A DNA stretch of 64,000 nucleotides. It comes from Treponemataceae bacterium. Lineage in GTDB: Bacteria > Spirochaetota > Spirochaetia > Treponematales > Rectinemataceae. Shown here one piece after another: positions 40,184 through 49,899 of this stretch. The position numbers were made by a program, and so were the translations under genes. The notes under the pieces are model-generated. The model was not told where the DNA came from and ran no database searches. It saw nothing but the letters and a program-made list of their open reading frames with translations. Positions within the stretch are counted from its first letter, which is position 1. Each line of letters starts with the position of its first letter. The stretch is from positions 1 through 64,000 of the forward strand of contig CAXXHO010000007.1 of the NCBI GenBank assembly GCA_963667725.2, written 5' to 3'.

Positions 40184-40942
40184 ATGAAACCAGTAAACGT
40201 AGTCAGAAAAGGAGAAGACAATAATAGCGTTTTTATTGCTTCAAATATAGGAGAATTGCTTTTGGATACTGGTGCAACATCATCACAAATTACTGAAAAA
40301 AGTGTACCATTGAATACAAAAATAGTTGGGGATATAAAATCTCACGGTTTCTTTGGCAAAAGCAGAACTATGAGAAATTCTACTGTTCCGATTTTATCTA
40401 TAGGCGATATAGTAAAGCAAAATGTACCAATGCAAATTGATATGTCGCTTAATGCCCATGGGATATTGGGAATGGATATTTTATCAGAGTATAAAGTATT
40501 CCTTGATATAAAAAATGGTATTGTATGCTTTGATTCAGAAAAAATATGCTCACAAGAAATGTATAAAGGTAATCGTAAAATGTATTGCCTTCCCATAGTA
40601 CTAAATGGCATTTCGTTATGGGGGCTATTAGATACAGGTGCAAGCGGAACAATAGTGAGCAAAACACTATTCAAAAAGTATCCTGAGTTTTTTGAATATG
40701 CAGGAAAAGATACAGCAAAAGATTGGACAGGAGCAGGTTTTTCGTGTGATTTAGTGACAATAAAGAATCTTATTGTAGGAGATTATAAGATTCCTGATCA
40801 TAAGGGAGCTATTCTAAATCTTTGGCCTTACAGATTCCTCATTGGGAAAGCTATTGAGTTTATAATTGGTGTAACAACATTAGAGAAGGGTAATTGGATT
40901 TTTGATTTTCCTAACTCGAAATGGGAATATATTGCGTATTGA
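40184..40942 (+). CDS. Cassette 4: retropepsin-like aspartic protease (two domains)
   Basis: LLDTGA twice, GILGMD, FIIG. Confidence 0.8.
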   Translation: MKPVNVVRKGEDNNSVFIASNIGELLLDTGATSSQITEKSVPLNTKIVGDIKSHGFFGKSRTMRNSTVPILSIGDIVKQNVPMQIDMSLNAHGILGMDILSEYKVFLDIKNGIVCFDSEKICSQEMYKGNRKMYCLPIVLNGISLWGLLDTGASGTIVSKTLFKKYPEFFEYAGKDTAKDWTGAGFSCDLVTIKNLIVGDYKIPDHKGAILNLWPYRFLIGKAIEFIIGVTTLEKGNWIFDFPNSKWEYIAY

Positions 40943-40963
40943 ATAAGGGCATAGGATAATTTT

Positions 40964-41087
40964 GCCTAACACCTGCTTCAACCTTATAAATCCTTTGGCA
41001 TGGTTCTAGCGAAAAGATCGCGCAAGAACCATGCCAAGCCTTCGCAGTAGCTCAGGCGCGGATTTACAGGTTAAGCTAATGTTCTAC
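40964..41087 (+). repeat. attC 4
   Basis: GCCTAAC...GTTCTAC. Confidence 0.9.
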
Positions 41088-41140
41088 GGACCCTCCGGGC
41101 GGGAAGAATATATATACCTAATCATAGATGATTAGAGTAA

Positions 41141-41626
41141 ATGAGGGATTTTATGGGAAGTATTTTTACAGTTGACAATTTCAAACTCGCAAGTTCTATT
41201 GTTTCTCCCTTTTTAGCTGCATATCTAGCATCGCATTGGGCATTAAAAAAACACTACAAAGAAAAATGGTGGGAAAGAAAAGAAATTGCATATAAAGACA
41301 TTATTGACTCATTATATGATCTTCTACAGTATTGTGAAATTGAAAAAGAAGACTATGAGCATAGATCAACAATACAGATAGATAAATTTAATGAACTTCA
41401 GGGGAAATACAATAATGCATATTGGAATATTAAGAAAAATACCATTATAGCTGAATATCTAGTTTCAAAAGATGCAGCAGCTGCTTTAAAAATATTGCAA
41501 AATCGCGAAAAGTTGAAATGGGACGAAAATCCTCCATGGGAAATATTCGAAGCAGAATATAATGCTTATCAGAAAGCACTTATGGAAATAATCCGTACTT
41601 CAAATATTGATTTGAAAAAGAAATAA
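41141..41626 (+). CDS. Cassette 5 ORF1: hypothetical protein with N-terminal hydrophobic helix
   Basis: 161-aa ORF, EKWWERKEIAY. Confidence 0.7.
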   Translation: MRDFMGSIFTVDNFKLASSIVSPFLAAYLASHWALKKHYKEKWWERKEIAYKDIIDSLYDLLQYCEIEKEDYEHRSTIQIDKFNELQGKYNNAYWNIKKNTIIAEYLVSKDAAAALKILQNREKLKWDENPPWEIFEAEYNAYQKALMEIIRTSNIDLKKK

Positions 41627-41729
41627 GTCAAATATATCAATATTGTGATTAGATTTAAGAACTTACAATAGCAAGAAGATATATATTGTGTGGTAAGGTT
41701 TAGAGTTAAATATTTTTTAAGGGGGAGAA

Positions 41730-41933
41730 ATGAATATCAAGGAAGGTTTTAGGAGATTATCGATTTTGATTGGTATTATTAGTACATTAGTTTTCTTTTT
41801 AGCTTTTGCTTCAAATAATGGAGAACAAATAGGTTTAGTAATTCTTGTTTCACTAGTGGTAGGGTTAGTTGCATCTGGAATCACTTTACTGATTGGTTAT
41901 GTCCTAGAAGGCTTTAAAAATAAAAATGCGTAG
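41730..41933 (+). CDS. Cassette 5 ORF2: small 2-TM protein
   Basis: RBS GGGGAG; two hydrophobic helices; stop in attC. Confidence 0.7.
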   Translation: MNIKEGFRRLSILIGIISTLVFFLAFASNNGEQIGLVILVSLVVGLVASGITLLIGYVLEGFKNKNA

Positions 41934-42053
41934 AACACATGCTTCAACCTTATAAATCCTTTGGCATGGTTTGTGCAGGAACAAAAATGCACAAACCACG
42001 CCAAGCCTTCACTTTGTTCAGGCACGGATTTAAAGGTTAAGCAAATGTTAGAT
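41930..42053 (+). repeat. attC 5
   Basis: GTAGAAC...GTTAGAT. Confidence 0.9.
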
Positions 42054-42110
42054 GGACGCCTTCGGCGCATATAAAATAAAAAAGTAAAAGCTGCCATTTT
42101 AAGGGTTACT

Positions 42111-42638
42111 ATGAAAATATTTACAAATAGATTGGAATTAAGAGAGTATTGTGAAAATGATCTAGAGCTGTTGCATAACTTTAGGATTGATAAAAATATT
42201 TCAAAGTATATTCATTGGAATGACCTAAGCCTTGAAGGTACGAGAAGTATTCTAAAAGAGGGGCTTGATGATCAAAAAGAAGAAAATAGAAAGTATTATC
42301 ATTTTGTAGTTTGCTTAATGCCGGATAATATCCCAATTGGAGAGATAGGTGTCAATATAAAAATTAGCAATATATATGGCGGCATTGGTATATTAGGCTA
42401 TTTTATGTTTAAAGAATATTGGCATAATGGGTATATGTCTGAAGCAGCGCATGGAATTATAGAATATATGTTTATTGAGCTTAAGTTACATAAAATAGAG
42501 GCATATGTTGATTATAAGAATAAAAGATCAATAAAGGTGTTAAAAAGATTAGGAATGAAGAAAGAAGCACAATTTAAAAAAGAAGTATTCGTTAACAATA
42601 GATGGGAAGATGTTGTTTATTATGCATTAGTAAAGTGA
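42111..42638 (+). CDS. Cassette 6: RimJ/RimL-type GNAT
   Basis: TNRLELR, YWHNGYMSEA, NKRSIKVLKRLGM. Confidence 0.88.
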   Translation: MKIFTNRLELREYCENDLELLHNFRIDKNISKYIHWNDLSLEGTRSILKEGLDDQKEENRKYYHFVVCLMPDNIPIGEIGVNIKISNIYGGIGILGYFMFKEYWHNGYMSEAAHGIIEYMFIELKLHKIEAYVDYKNKRSIKVLKRLGMKKEAQFKKEVFVNNRWEDVVYYALVK

Positions 42639-42667
42639 AATTGAGAAAATGAGATTGGGAAGCATTC

Positions 42668-42790
42668 ATCTAACAACTGCTTCAACCTTATAAATCCTTT
42701 GTCATGGTTTGTGCAAGAAAAAAGAGCACAAACCACGCCAAGCCTTCGCTTTGCTCAGGCGCGGATTTAAAGGTTAAGCTAATGTTAGAA
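42668..42790 (+). repeat. attC 6
   Basis: ATCTAAC...GTTAGAA. Confidence 0.92.
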
Positions 42791-42892
42791 CGACCTCATT
42801 CTATTGACTAGAGCCTTGCATGATCTTGTTGCAGAATACTAAGCAGAATTGCATGATTATCATAAGAAAGATCATTTTTACATTACTGGACG

Positions 42893-43117
42893 GAAAAAAG
42901 TCTTGAGATGCCGCTCCAAGAAGCGCGCATTGGGCTTCTTGGAAAGTGGCGGCTAAGAGCTTCGCTGTAGGCAGTTCATCGGTCCCACCGCAGAAGATTT
43001 CTCTCTGGGAATGAAACCAGTGATTCGCAGAGAGCTGCCCACAGCGAAGCGAAGAGGCCGCAAAGGGAAAAAGTAAAATAGCGCGCGAAGAGGAGCGGCA
43101 GAAGAGCGACTTTTTTC
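42893..43117 (+). ncRNA. Putative structured ncRNA in gene-less cassette 7 (42785-43319)
   Basis: Third copy with helices retained. Confidence 0.55.
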
Positions 43118-43201
43118 GCATTCAGAGTTGGCGAAGAGGCTCGCCAAGATTACGTAATGTGATTATATCTTTGTGGCGGTTGGTAGCGCTAAAGTTGGCG
43201 A

Positions 43202-43325
43202 TTCTAACAAAAGCTTCAACCTTATAAATCCTTTGTCATGGTTTGTGCAGAAATCCCATGCACAAACCACGCCAAGCCTTCGCAGTAGCTCAGGCGCGGA
43301 TTTAAAGGTTAAGCTAATGTTAGAT
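43202..43325 (+). repeat. attC 7
   Basis: TTCTAAC...GTTAGAT. Confidence 0.92.
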
Positions 43326-43382
43326 TGACGCTCCCGCGCAGGAAGAAAACAATATAGGCTGCTATTTGAGTAAACGGGTTCT

Positions 43383-43943
43383 ATGATGGACAAATCGTAT
43401 AAAGCAATTACCGACTTCATATTTCTTGAAGATCAACCTCAGAAAGCAGATATAATACTTATTCCTGGTGGCAGCAAACCACAACTAATGGAAAGAGCGT
43501 GTTCATTATTTTTTGATGGGTATTCATCATTGTTACTTCCATCTGGGGGAAAGAATAAAGCATTAGTAAACTATGAAACAGAATGGGACTATTTTTTTGA
43601 AATAGCAAAGAAAATGAGTATTCCAGAAGAGGTTGTACTTAAAGAAGATAAAGCGACTAATACATATGAGAATGCACTTTATTCGAAAAGAATAATTGAA
43701 GATAAGGGAATACTAATAAAGAAAGCATTGTTAGTATGTAAAGCATTTCATGCTAGAAGAGCCTTATTAACATATCAGACATGGTTTATGAATGATATAG
43801 AATACATTATTTGTCCAATTGTGGATGATAGAGGAATAAGTAGAGATAATTGGTATCTAGATCAAAATAAAATTGTAAAAGTAATGAGTGAAGTAGAAAA
43901 GGTAGGGAAGTATTTTAAAGATAATTTGAGTTGGATCATTTAA
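43383..43943 (+). CDS. Cassette 8: YdcF/DUF218-family protein
   Basis: ADIILIPGG, SGG, EDKATNTYENA, FHARRA. Confidence 0.85.
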   Translation: MMDKSYKAITDFIFLEDQPQKADIILIPGGSKPQLMERACSLFFDGYSSLLLPSGGKNKALVNYETEWDYFFEIAKKMSIPEEVVLKEDKATNTYENALYSKRIIEDKGILIKKALLVCKAFHARRALLTYQTWFMNDIEYIICPIVDDRGISRDNWYLDQNKIVKVMSEVEKVGKYFKDNLSWII

Positions 43944-43956
43944 GAACTGAAAAGAA

Positions 43957-44096
43957 ATCTAACACATGCTTCAACCTGATAAAAACTTTGTCACGGTTTG
44001 TGCGATCGCGCGCCACTTCGTGGCTTCGCTCTTCACGCACAAACCGCGCCAAGCGCGAGTACGCGCCTGTTTTTACAGGTTAAGCCAATGTTAGCC
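43957..44096 (+). repeat. attC 8
   Basis: ATCTAAC...GTTAGCC. Confidence 0.9.
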
Positions 44097-44117
44097 ATAT
44101 TAAGTTAAAATCAAGGC

Positions 44118-44960
44118 GTGAACATGCAATTTGAACAATTATACAAATTATCAAGAAGGCCGAAGCTTTACGAGTTAGGCAACTCAATTATGTGGACGGA
44201 TCCGTATATATCAAAACAGCTTCTTGAATGTCATCTCAATCCAAATAATGATATGGCGAGTAGAAGTAATGATAAAATCAACCTTGTAATAGATTGGATT
44301 GAGCAACATACAAATAAAGAAAAAATGGATATTCTTGATCTTGGATGTGGTCCCGGACTTTATGCAGAAAAGTTCGCAAGCCATGGCCATAAAGTTTCTG
44401 GTGTAGACTTTTCAAGCAACTCTATAGCGTATGCGAAAAAAGCTACATTGCTGAACAAGACAAATATTAGCTATTACTGTAAGAACTACTTGGATATCGA
44501 TTTCAAAGAGGCTTTTGATCTAGTTATACTGATCTACCTTGATTTTTGTGTTCTTAATGTTCATGAACGTAAAGTAGTAATAGAAAATGTATATAGATCA
44601 CTAAGAGATGGCGGAGTCTTTATATTTGATGTAGTGAATAGCAACAACATAGAAGATAAAGTACTAAAACAATCATGGGATATAAGTAAAAAAGGCTTTT
44701 GGAGTGATAAGCCATATATTGTCATGAATAATGGCTATAATTATAAAGATGATAAAGTATTGCTAAACCAGCATATTGTCATTACGGAAGATGAGGCTGT
44801 AAAGACATATCATTTCTGGAGCATATATTATGATTATGAAGATATCGTTCCATCACTAAAAGACAGTCGTTATAAAAGTATTGAAAGTTATAATAACGTG
44901 CTTCCAAAGACTGATGCTTGGACAGGAGATAACATTTCATTCTATATAGCAAGGAAATAG
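44118..44960 (+). CDS. Cassette 9: class I SAM-dependent methyltransferase
   Basis: ILDLGCGPG, GVDFS, LRDGGVFIFD. Confidence 0.88.
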   Translation: MNMQFEQLYKLSRRPKLYELGNSIMWTDPYISKQLLECHLNPNNDMASRSNDKINLVIDWIEQHTNKEKMDILDLGCGPGLYAEKFASHGHKVSGVDFSSNSIAYAKKATLLNKTNISYYCKNYLDIDFKEAFDLVILIYLDFCVLNVHERKVVIENVYRSLRDGGVFIFDVVNSNNIEDKVLKQSWDISKKGFWSDKPYIVMNNGYNYKDDKVLLNQHIVITEDEAVKTYHFWSIYYDYEDIVPSLKDSRYKSIESYNNVLPKTDAWTGDNISFYIARK

Positions 44961-44971
44961 TAAAAAGAAAT

Positions 44972-45097
44972 GGCTAACAAATGCTTCAACCTGATAATTG
45001 CTTTTGTCACAGTTCTTGCAGTCGCTTCGCTCGGCAAGAACTGCGCCAATCCTTCGCTTCGCTCAGGCCGCAATTACAGGTTAAGCCAATGTTATGC
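44972..45097 (+). repeat. attC 9
   Basis: GGCTAAC...GTTATGC. Confidence 0.92.
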
Positions 45098-45162
45098 GGA
45101 CTCGCGCATTCGCGCGAGCTAAGTTGTTATATTAGCGAAATATATAATTAGCTATATTGCCC

Positions 45163-45191
45163 TTGACATTACACATACAGATGTGTAAACT
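45163..45191 (+). promoter_or_regulatory. TA promoter with overlapping operator
   Basis: TTGACA-N17-TAAACT; IR TTACACAT-N4-ATGTGTAA. Confidence 0.8.
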
Positions 45192-45211
45192 ATAAGGGTA
45201 TGGAGGACATC

Positions 45212-45409
45212 ATGGCTACAAACCTCGCTATAGATGATAGATTACTCACAAAAGCGCTTGAAATTGGCGGTTATAAATCAAAAAAGGACACTGTTAATGC
45301 TGCACTCGATGAATTTATCAAAAGAAGAAAAGCGAAAGAGCTTATAGATATTTTTGGTACAATTGAATATGAGGCTTCTTATGATTATAAAAAAATGAGA
45401 TCACGATGA
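45212..45409 (+). CDS. vapB: Cassette 10: VapB-type antitoxin
   Basis: MATNLAIDDRLL...SKKDTVNAAL; overlaps PIN toxin. Confidence 0.85.
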   Translation: MATNLAIDDRLLTKALEIGGYKSKKDTVNAALDEFIKRRKAKELIDIFGTIEYEASYDYKKMRSR

Positions 45410-45819
45410 AACGAGTATTAGTAGATACTTCAGTATGGTCTCTTGCATTAAGAAAAAAGGAAAGAACGGAGGAAGAACAAAAGATTGTAAGCCATCTATC
45501 TAAACTAATAAGTAATCTTACTATTGTTCTTATAGGTCCAATACGGCAAGAGATTCTATCGGGAATTCCAACGAAAGAACGATTTGAAGCACTTAAAGAA
45601 AAAATATCAATATTCGAAGATCATAAAATACATACAAATGATTATGAGCTTGCCGCAGAATACTTCAATGAATGTAGAAAACATGGGATACAAGGATCTC
45701 ATATAGATTACTTAATATGTTCCGTTGCTACAAATAATGATATGTCAATATTTACATTGGATAATGATTTTCAACTCTATAAAAAACATATAAGAATTAA
45801 GTTAGAAAAATTCGCATAA
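45406..45819 (+). CDS. vapC: Cassette 10: PIN-domain toxin
   Basis: VLVDTSVW, QEILSG, IDYLI, TLDNDF. Confidence 0.88.
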   Translation: MKRVLVDTSVWSLALRKKERTEEEQKIVSHLSKLISNLTIVLIGPIRQEILSGIPTKERFEALKEKISIFEDHKIHTNDYELAAEYFNECRKHGIQGSHIDYLICSVATNNDMSIFTLDNDFQLYKKHIRIKLEKFA

Positions 45820-45938
45820 CAACCGTTTCAACCTTATAAATCCTTTGTCATGGTTTGTGCAGGAACAACAGTGCACAAACCACGCCAAGCCTGAGCTAGC
45901 GCTCAGGCGCGGATTTAAAGGTTAAACGAATGTTCGAT
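45814..45938 (+). repeat. attC 10
   Basis: GCATAAC...GTTCGAT; compensated L box CGTTTCAACC/GGTTAAACG. Confidence 0.9.
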
Positions 45939-46063
45939 GGACGCCTGCGGCGCAGCGTAAATAATGTATAGAGTATCATTAGGTTTCTACGATCTATTAA
46001 GCATTATAGAGTACTATTTGGTGTGTACAATCAAATAATACTAATCCTAAAATATTTACTTAT

Positions 46064-46555
46064 TTGGAGATTCAATTGTTTTCTGGAAAAGAAAAAATCA
46101 AAGTAAAAGCTTTAGGGCTATTTCAGCAAGAGGATTTCATATTTGTTTCGAAATCATATGATACAGTTAAGAAAGATTACTTCTTTAGGCCGATTGGTGG
46201 GACTGTTGAGTTTGGAGAATATGCACTTGATACGTTACGAAGAGAAATACTTGAAGAAATGAAGGCAGAGATTGTTAATATTAGGTTAGAGAAAATATGG
46301 GAGAATATATTTGTATGTGATGGAATAGATGGGCATGAGATAGTATTTCTGTATACGGCAGACTTCAAAGATGTAAAGTATTATGAGAAAAAAGAATACA
46401 CAATTGTTGAATCAAATGGAGAAGAAGTGCCAGCCTTATGGGTTAAGAAAGAAGAGTTTCTAGAGAAAAGATTACGATTGGTTCCTGAGGCATTAGTTGA
46501 GTATTTGAAAAATGATAGTCATGGAAGACATCGAACACATGCTTCAACCTTGTAA
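46064..46555 (+). CDS. Cassette 11: NUDIX hydrolase
   Basis: GGTVEFGEYALDTLRREILEE; reads into attC. Confidence 0.85.
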   Translation: MEIQLFSGKEKIKVKALGLFQQEDFIFVSKSYDTVKKDYFFRPIGGTVEFGEYALDTLRREILEEMKAEIVNIRLEKIWENIFVCDGIDGHEIVFLYTADFKDVKYYEKKEYTIVESNGEEVPALWVKKEEFLEKRLRLVPEALVEYLKNDSHGRHRTHASTL

Positions 46556-46653
46556 ATCCTTTGTCATGGTTTGTGCAAGAACAACAATGCACAAACCACG
46601 CCAAGCCTTCGCTGCGCTCAGGCGCGGATTTAAAGGTTAAGCTAATGTTAGAC
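46530..46653 (+). repeat. attC 11
   Basis: ATCGAAC...GTTAGAC. Confidence 0.9.
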
Positions 46654-46730
46654 GGACGCGCTTAACGCGCGCGCATAGGAATTTGATGTAGCCTGAGTCT
46701 TAAGAGTAGATGTTTTGAGTATATTACGGC

Positions 46731-46940
46731 CTAGCCCCAAATGACTTCTGGTTTCTTCTTCTCTTTAGCACATTGAGATAGAAAGTAGTTGATCAACGTC
46801 TGATAGGGTATGCCTGATTCTTTAGCCAAATCCTTAAAGTAGGAAATTGTATCTTCATCAAGCCTAATCGTAATAGACTTCTTGAGCCTATTGAGATAAG
46901 GATTCTTAACCGATTTAGAAAAGTCGTAGTTATCACGCAT
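46731..46940 (-). CDS. brnA: Cassette 12: BrnA-type antitoxin (inverted)
   Basis: YDFS...NPY...ITIRLD...YFK...PYQTLIN. Confidence 0.85.
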   Translation of the reverse strand: MRDNYDFSKSVKNPYLNRLKKSITIRLDEDTISYFKDLAKESGIPYQTLINYFLSQCAKEKKKPEVIWG

Positions 46941-47232
46941 TTCGGTATTCTTCATAGGAGGCTTCCTCCTTTCCCGTGGCTTTTCTTGCCGAAATTAACC
47001 GGATAATAGAATCCGATTCACGATAGCAATGGCAAACGACTAAAAGCCTGAGCTTGATACTTAATCCCAAGATAATAAAACGGTCTTCTTCGTCTGAATG
47101 ATCCGGGTCATAGATCACTCGAGCGTATTCATCATAGAAGACGGTTTTAGCTTCATCAAAATCAACACCATCATGTTTGGTTTGATTGATGAGATTCTTT
47201 CTTGGGTTCCAAACGAAGGATATGTCCTTCAT
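46933..47232 (-). CDS. brnT: Cassette 12: BrnT toxin (inverted)
   Basis: FVWNPRKN, KHDGVDF, EDRF, RLISARKA. Confidence 0.9.
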   Translation of the reverse strand: MKDISFVWNPRKNLINQTKHDGVDFDEAKTVFYDEYARVIYDPDHSDEEDRFIILGLSIKLRLLVVCHCYRESDSIIRLISARKATGKEEASYEEYRNA

Positions 47233-47326
47233 GCCTACAAAGTATGTACATTATTCATGAAAAGTCAAGAGTTGTTTATGCAGCAGAGTAAAAAGGTAAG
47301 TAACTATAGTTATAGAAAAGAAAAGC

Positions 47327-47451
47327 GTCTAACACCTGCTTCAACCTTATAAATCCTTTGTCATGGTTTGTGCAGGAACAACAATGCACAAACCACGCCA
47401 AGCCTGAGCTAACGCTCAGGCGCGGATTTAAAGGTTAAGCTAATGTTAGCT
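47327..47451 (+). repeat. attC 12
   Basis: GTCTAAC...GTTAGCT. Confidence 0.92.
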
Positions 47452-47506
47452 GGACGCCTTCGGCGCTTGGGCATTTTTAATTTGAAATAATAGTAGAGTT
47501 GAGATC

Positions 47507-48064
47507 ATGCAGTTTGAAGATATTAAAACAAATAGATTGCTGATTCGTGAATACTCTGATGTGTATCTAGAACAACTATTCGAGTATCGATCAGATCCAA
47601 AAGTCTACACATGGTATACGAAGAAACAAAACTCTGTTGAAGATCTTAGTGAGTATTTAAAGAGCAATATTACCGAGTTTGATAAGGATAATGGATATTC
47701 GGTATTTGTAATACTTTTCGAAGGTAAAGTTATAGGAGATATAGCTATAAGCTATTGGGATTATAACAATGAAAGAAGTGCACTAGGGTATGCGATACGG
47801 CCAGAGTATCAAAGACTTGGGTATGGATATGAAGCAGTAAATGCCCTAATAGGCTTTATGTTTGAGGTAATGAAGCGAAACAGAATACAAGCAGGAGTTG
47901 ATTACAATAATAAAGCATCAATAGGGTTGCTCAAGAAATTAGGGTTTAGAAGAGAAGGATACTTTCGACAGACTGAGTATAAGAATGGTGTATGGAAAGA
48001 TTCATGTTTGTATGCAATCTTGAGAGAAGATTGGGTTAAGAACAGAAATAGCATAATTCATTAA
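47507..48064 (+). CDS. Cassette 13: RimJ/RimL-type GNAT
   Basis: TNRLLIR, YQRLGYGYEA, NKASIGLLKKLGFRREG. Confidence 0.88.
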   Translation: MQFEDIKTNRLLIREYSDVYLEQLFEYRSDPKVYTWYTKKQNSVEDLSEYLKSNITEFDKDNGYSVFVILFEGKVIGDIAISYWDYNNERSALGYAIRPEYQRLGYGYEAVNALIGFMFEVMKRNRIQAGVDYNNKASIGLLKKLGFRREGYFRQTEYKNGVWKDSCLYAILREDWVKNRNSIIH

Positions 48065-48092
48065 GGTAGATGTTGATAAGTAAAGTACTGGC

Positions 48093-48203
48093 AGCTAACA
48101 ATCGCTTCAACCTGACTCGGCTATTGTCACAGTTTGTGCTTTCAGGCTTCGCCCGGCACAAACTGCGCTAATGTACGCCTCGCAGGTTAAGCGTATGTTA
48201 GAC
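48093..48203 (+). repeat. attC 13
   Basis: AGCTAAC...GTTAGAC. Confidence 0.9.
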
Positions 48204-48241
48204 GGACGCGCTTAACGCGCGCAAGAATAAAGGGACTGTTA

Positions 48242-48586
48242 ATGACTGATATTGAGGCGATTCGAAGCATTCTTGATCACAAATACAAATCTCTAGATGA
48301 ATCTGATATCTTTTCAGAAATTAACAACGATGATGAAGTGATTATGTTAAGACTTGAAAGGTTAGTATTAGATTTGCTTGATGAAGGAAATGAAAGAGTA
48401 ATTTATTCAAGGTGTGCAATTTGGGCGTCTTCAGTCCGTAATAGACTAAAGCAGTACATTAAGGATAATACTACTCTTGCTAATAAAGAAGAGTTAATAA
48501 AGATATGTAATCATATTTCTATGTTTATTGAAGAGTTGGCAGTATTAGATGGTATTAAAGGCATGAAGTTTAATCAAAACAGATGA
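48242..48586 (+). CDS. Cassette 14 ORF1: hypothetical protein
   Basis: 114-aa ORF with RBS. Confidence 0.65.
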   Translation: MTDIEAIRSILDHKYKSLDESDIFSEINNDDEVIMLRLERLVLDLLDEGNERVIYSRCAIWASSVRNRLKQYIKDNTTLANKEELIKICNHISMFIEELAVLDGIKGMKFNQNR

Positions 48587-48612
48587 TTTTTATTTGAAAA
48601 GGTACATACAAT

Positions 48613-49020
48613 ATGGATTCACAAGTATCTGCAATGGCTGGTGAGTTTTTAACGACAGGGAAGTTGTTTAAGCTTGGGCTACAAGCATCAATTACTTTGG
48701 GGAATGCTAAGTATATAGATATTATGGTATATAATGAAAAGATCAATAAGCACTATAATGTGCAAGTAAAGACGTTAAGAAAGAGGAATTGCTTTCCAAT
48801 AAAACGCGAAAGAATTATTGATGATGATATTTATATTTTTATAGTATTGAATGAGAAAGGGTTTGAAGAGGAATACTATATTATTAAAGGGAACACAATA
48901 TTGAATGATATAGATCATTTTTTTGGATCTTCATATAAAAACAATAAAGTTTCTAGAGTACCTGCAATAAATTATGGAGCAGTTAAGCAGTATAAAAACA
49001 ATTGGGACTTGTTCTTTTAA
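48613..49020 (+). CDS. Cassette 14 ORF2: PD-(D/E)XK nuclease-like protein
   Basis: AGE...YIDI...VQVKT pattern. Confidence 0.65.
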   Translation: MDSQVSAMAGEFLTTGKLFKLGLQASITLGNAKYIDIMVYNEKINKHYNVQVKTLRKRNCFPIKRERIIDDDIYIFIVLNEKGFEEEYYIIKGNTILNDIDHFFGSSYKNNKVSRVPAINYGAVKQYKNNWDLFF

Positions 49021-49026
49021 TAATTC

Positions 49027-49152
49027 GTCTAACACCTGCTTCAACCTGATAATTGCTCTTGGCACAGTTCTTGCAGTCGCTACGCTCGGCAAGAACTGTG
49101 CCAATCCTTCGCTTCGCTCAGGCCGCAATTACAGGTTAAGCCAATGTTAGAT
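49027..49152 (+). repeat. attC 14
   Basis: GTCTAAC...GTTAGAT. Confidence 0.92.
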
Positions 49153-49209
49153 GGACGCCTTCGGCGCATATAAAATAAAAAAGTAAAAGCTGCCATTTTA
49201 AGGGTTACT

Positions 49210-49737
49210 ATGAAAATATTTACAAATAGATTGGAATTAAGAGAGTATTGTGAAAATGATCTAGAGCTGTTGCATAGCTTTAGGATTGATAAAAATATTT
49301 CAAAGTATATTCATTGGAATGACCTAAGCCTTGAAGGTACGAGAAGTATTCTAAAAGAGGGGCTTGATGATCAAAAAGAAGAAAATAGAAAGTATTATCA
49401 TTTTGTAGTTTGCTTAATGCCGGATAATATCCCAATTGGAGAGATAGGTGTCAATATAAAAATTAGCAATATATATGGCGGCATTGGTATATTAGGCTAT
49501 TTTATGTTTAAAGAATATTGGCATAATGGGTATATGTCTGAAGCAGCGCATGGAATTATAGAATATATGTTTATTGAGCTTAAGTTACATAAAATAGAAG
49601 CATATGTTGATTGTAAGAATAAAAGATCAATAAAGGTGTTAAAAAGATTAGGAATGAAGAAAGAAGCACAATTTAAAAAAGAAGTATTCGTTAACAATAG
49701 ATGGGAAGATGTTGTTTATTATGCATTAGTAAAGTGA
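49210..49737 (+). CDS. Cassette 15: GNAT, duplicate of cassette 6
   Basis: Differs at 2 aa from 42111-42638. Confidence 0.88.
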   Translation: MKIFTNRLELREYCENDLELLHSFRIDKNISKYIHWNDLSLEGTRSILKEGLDDQKEENRKYYHFVVCLMPDNIPIGEIGVNIKISNIYGGIGILGYFMFKEYWHNGYMSEAAHGIIEYMFIELKLHKIEAYVDCKNKRSIKVLKRLGMKKEAQFKKEVFVNNRWEDVVYYALVK

Positions 49738-49766
49738 AATTGAGAAAATAAGATCGGGAAGCATTC

Positions 49767-49890
49767 ATCTAACACCTGCTTCAACCTTATAAATCCTTTG
49801 TCATGGTTTGTGCAAGATAGAAAAGCACAAACCATGCCAAGCCTGAGCTAACGCTCAGGCGCGGATTTACAGGTTAAGCTAATGTTAGGC
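49767..49890 (+). repeat. attC 15
   Basis: ATCTAAC...GTTAGGC. Confidence 0.92.
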
Positions 49891-49899
49891 AGGTAAAAC

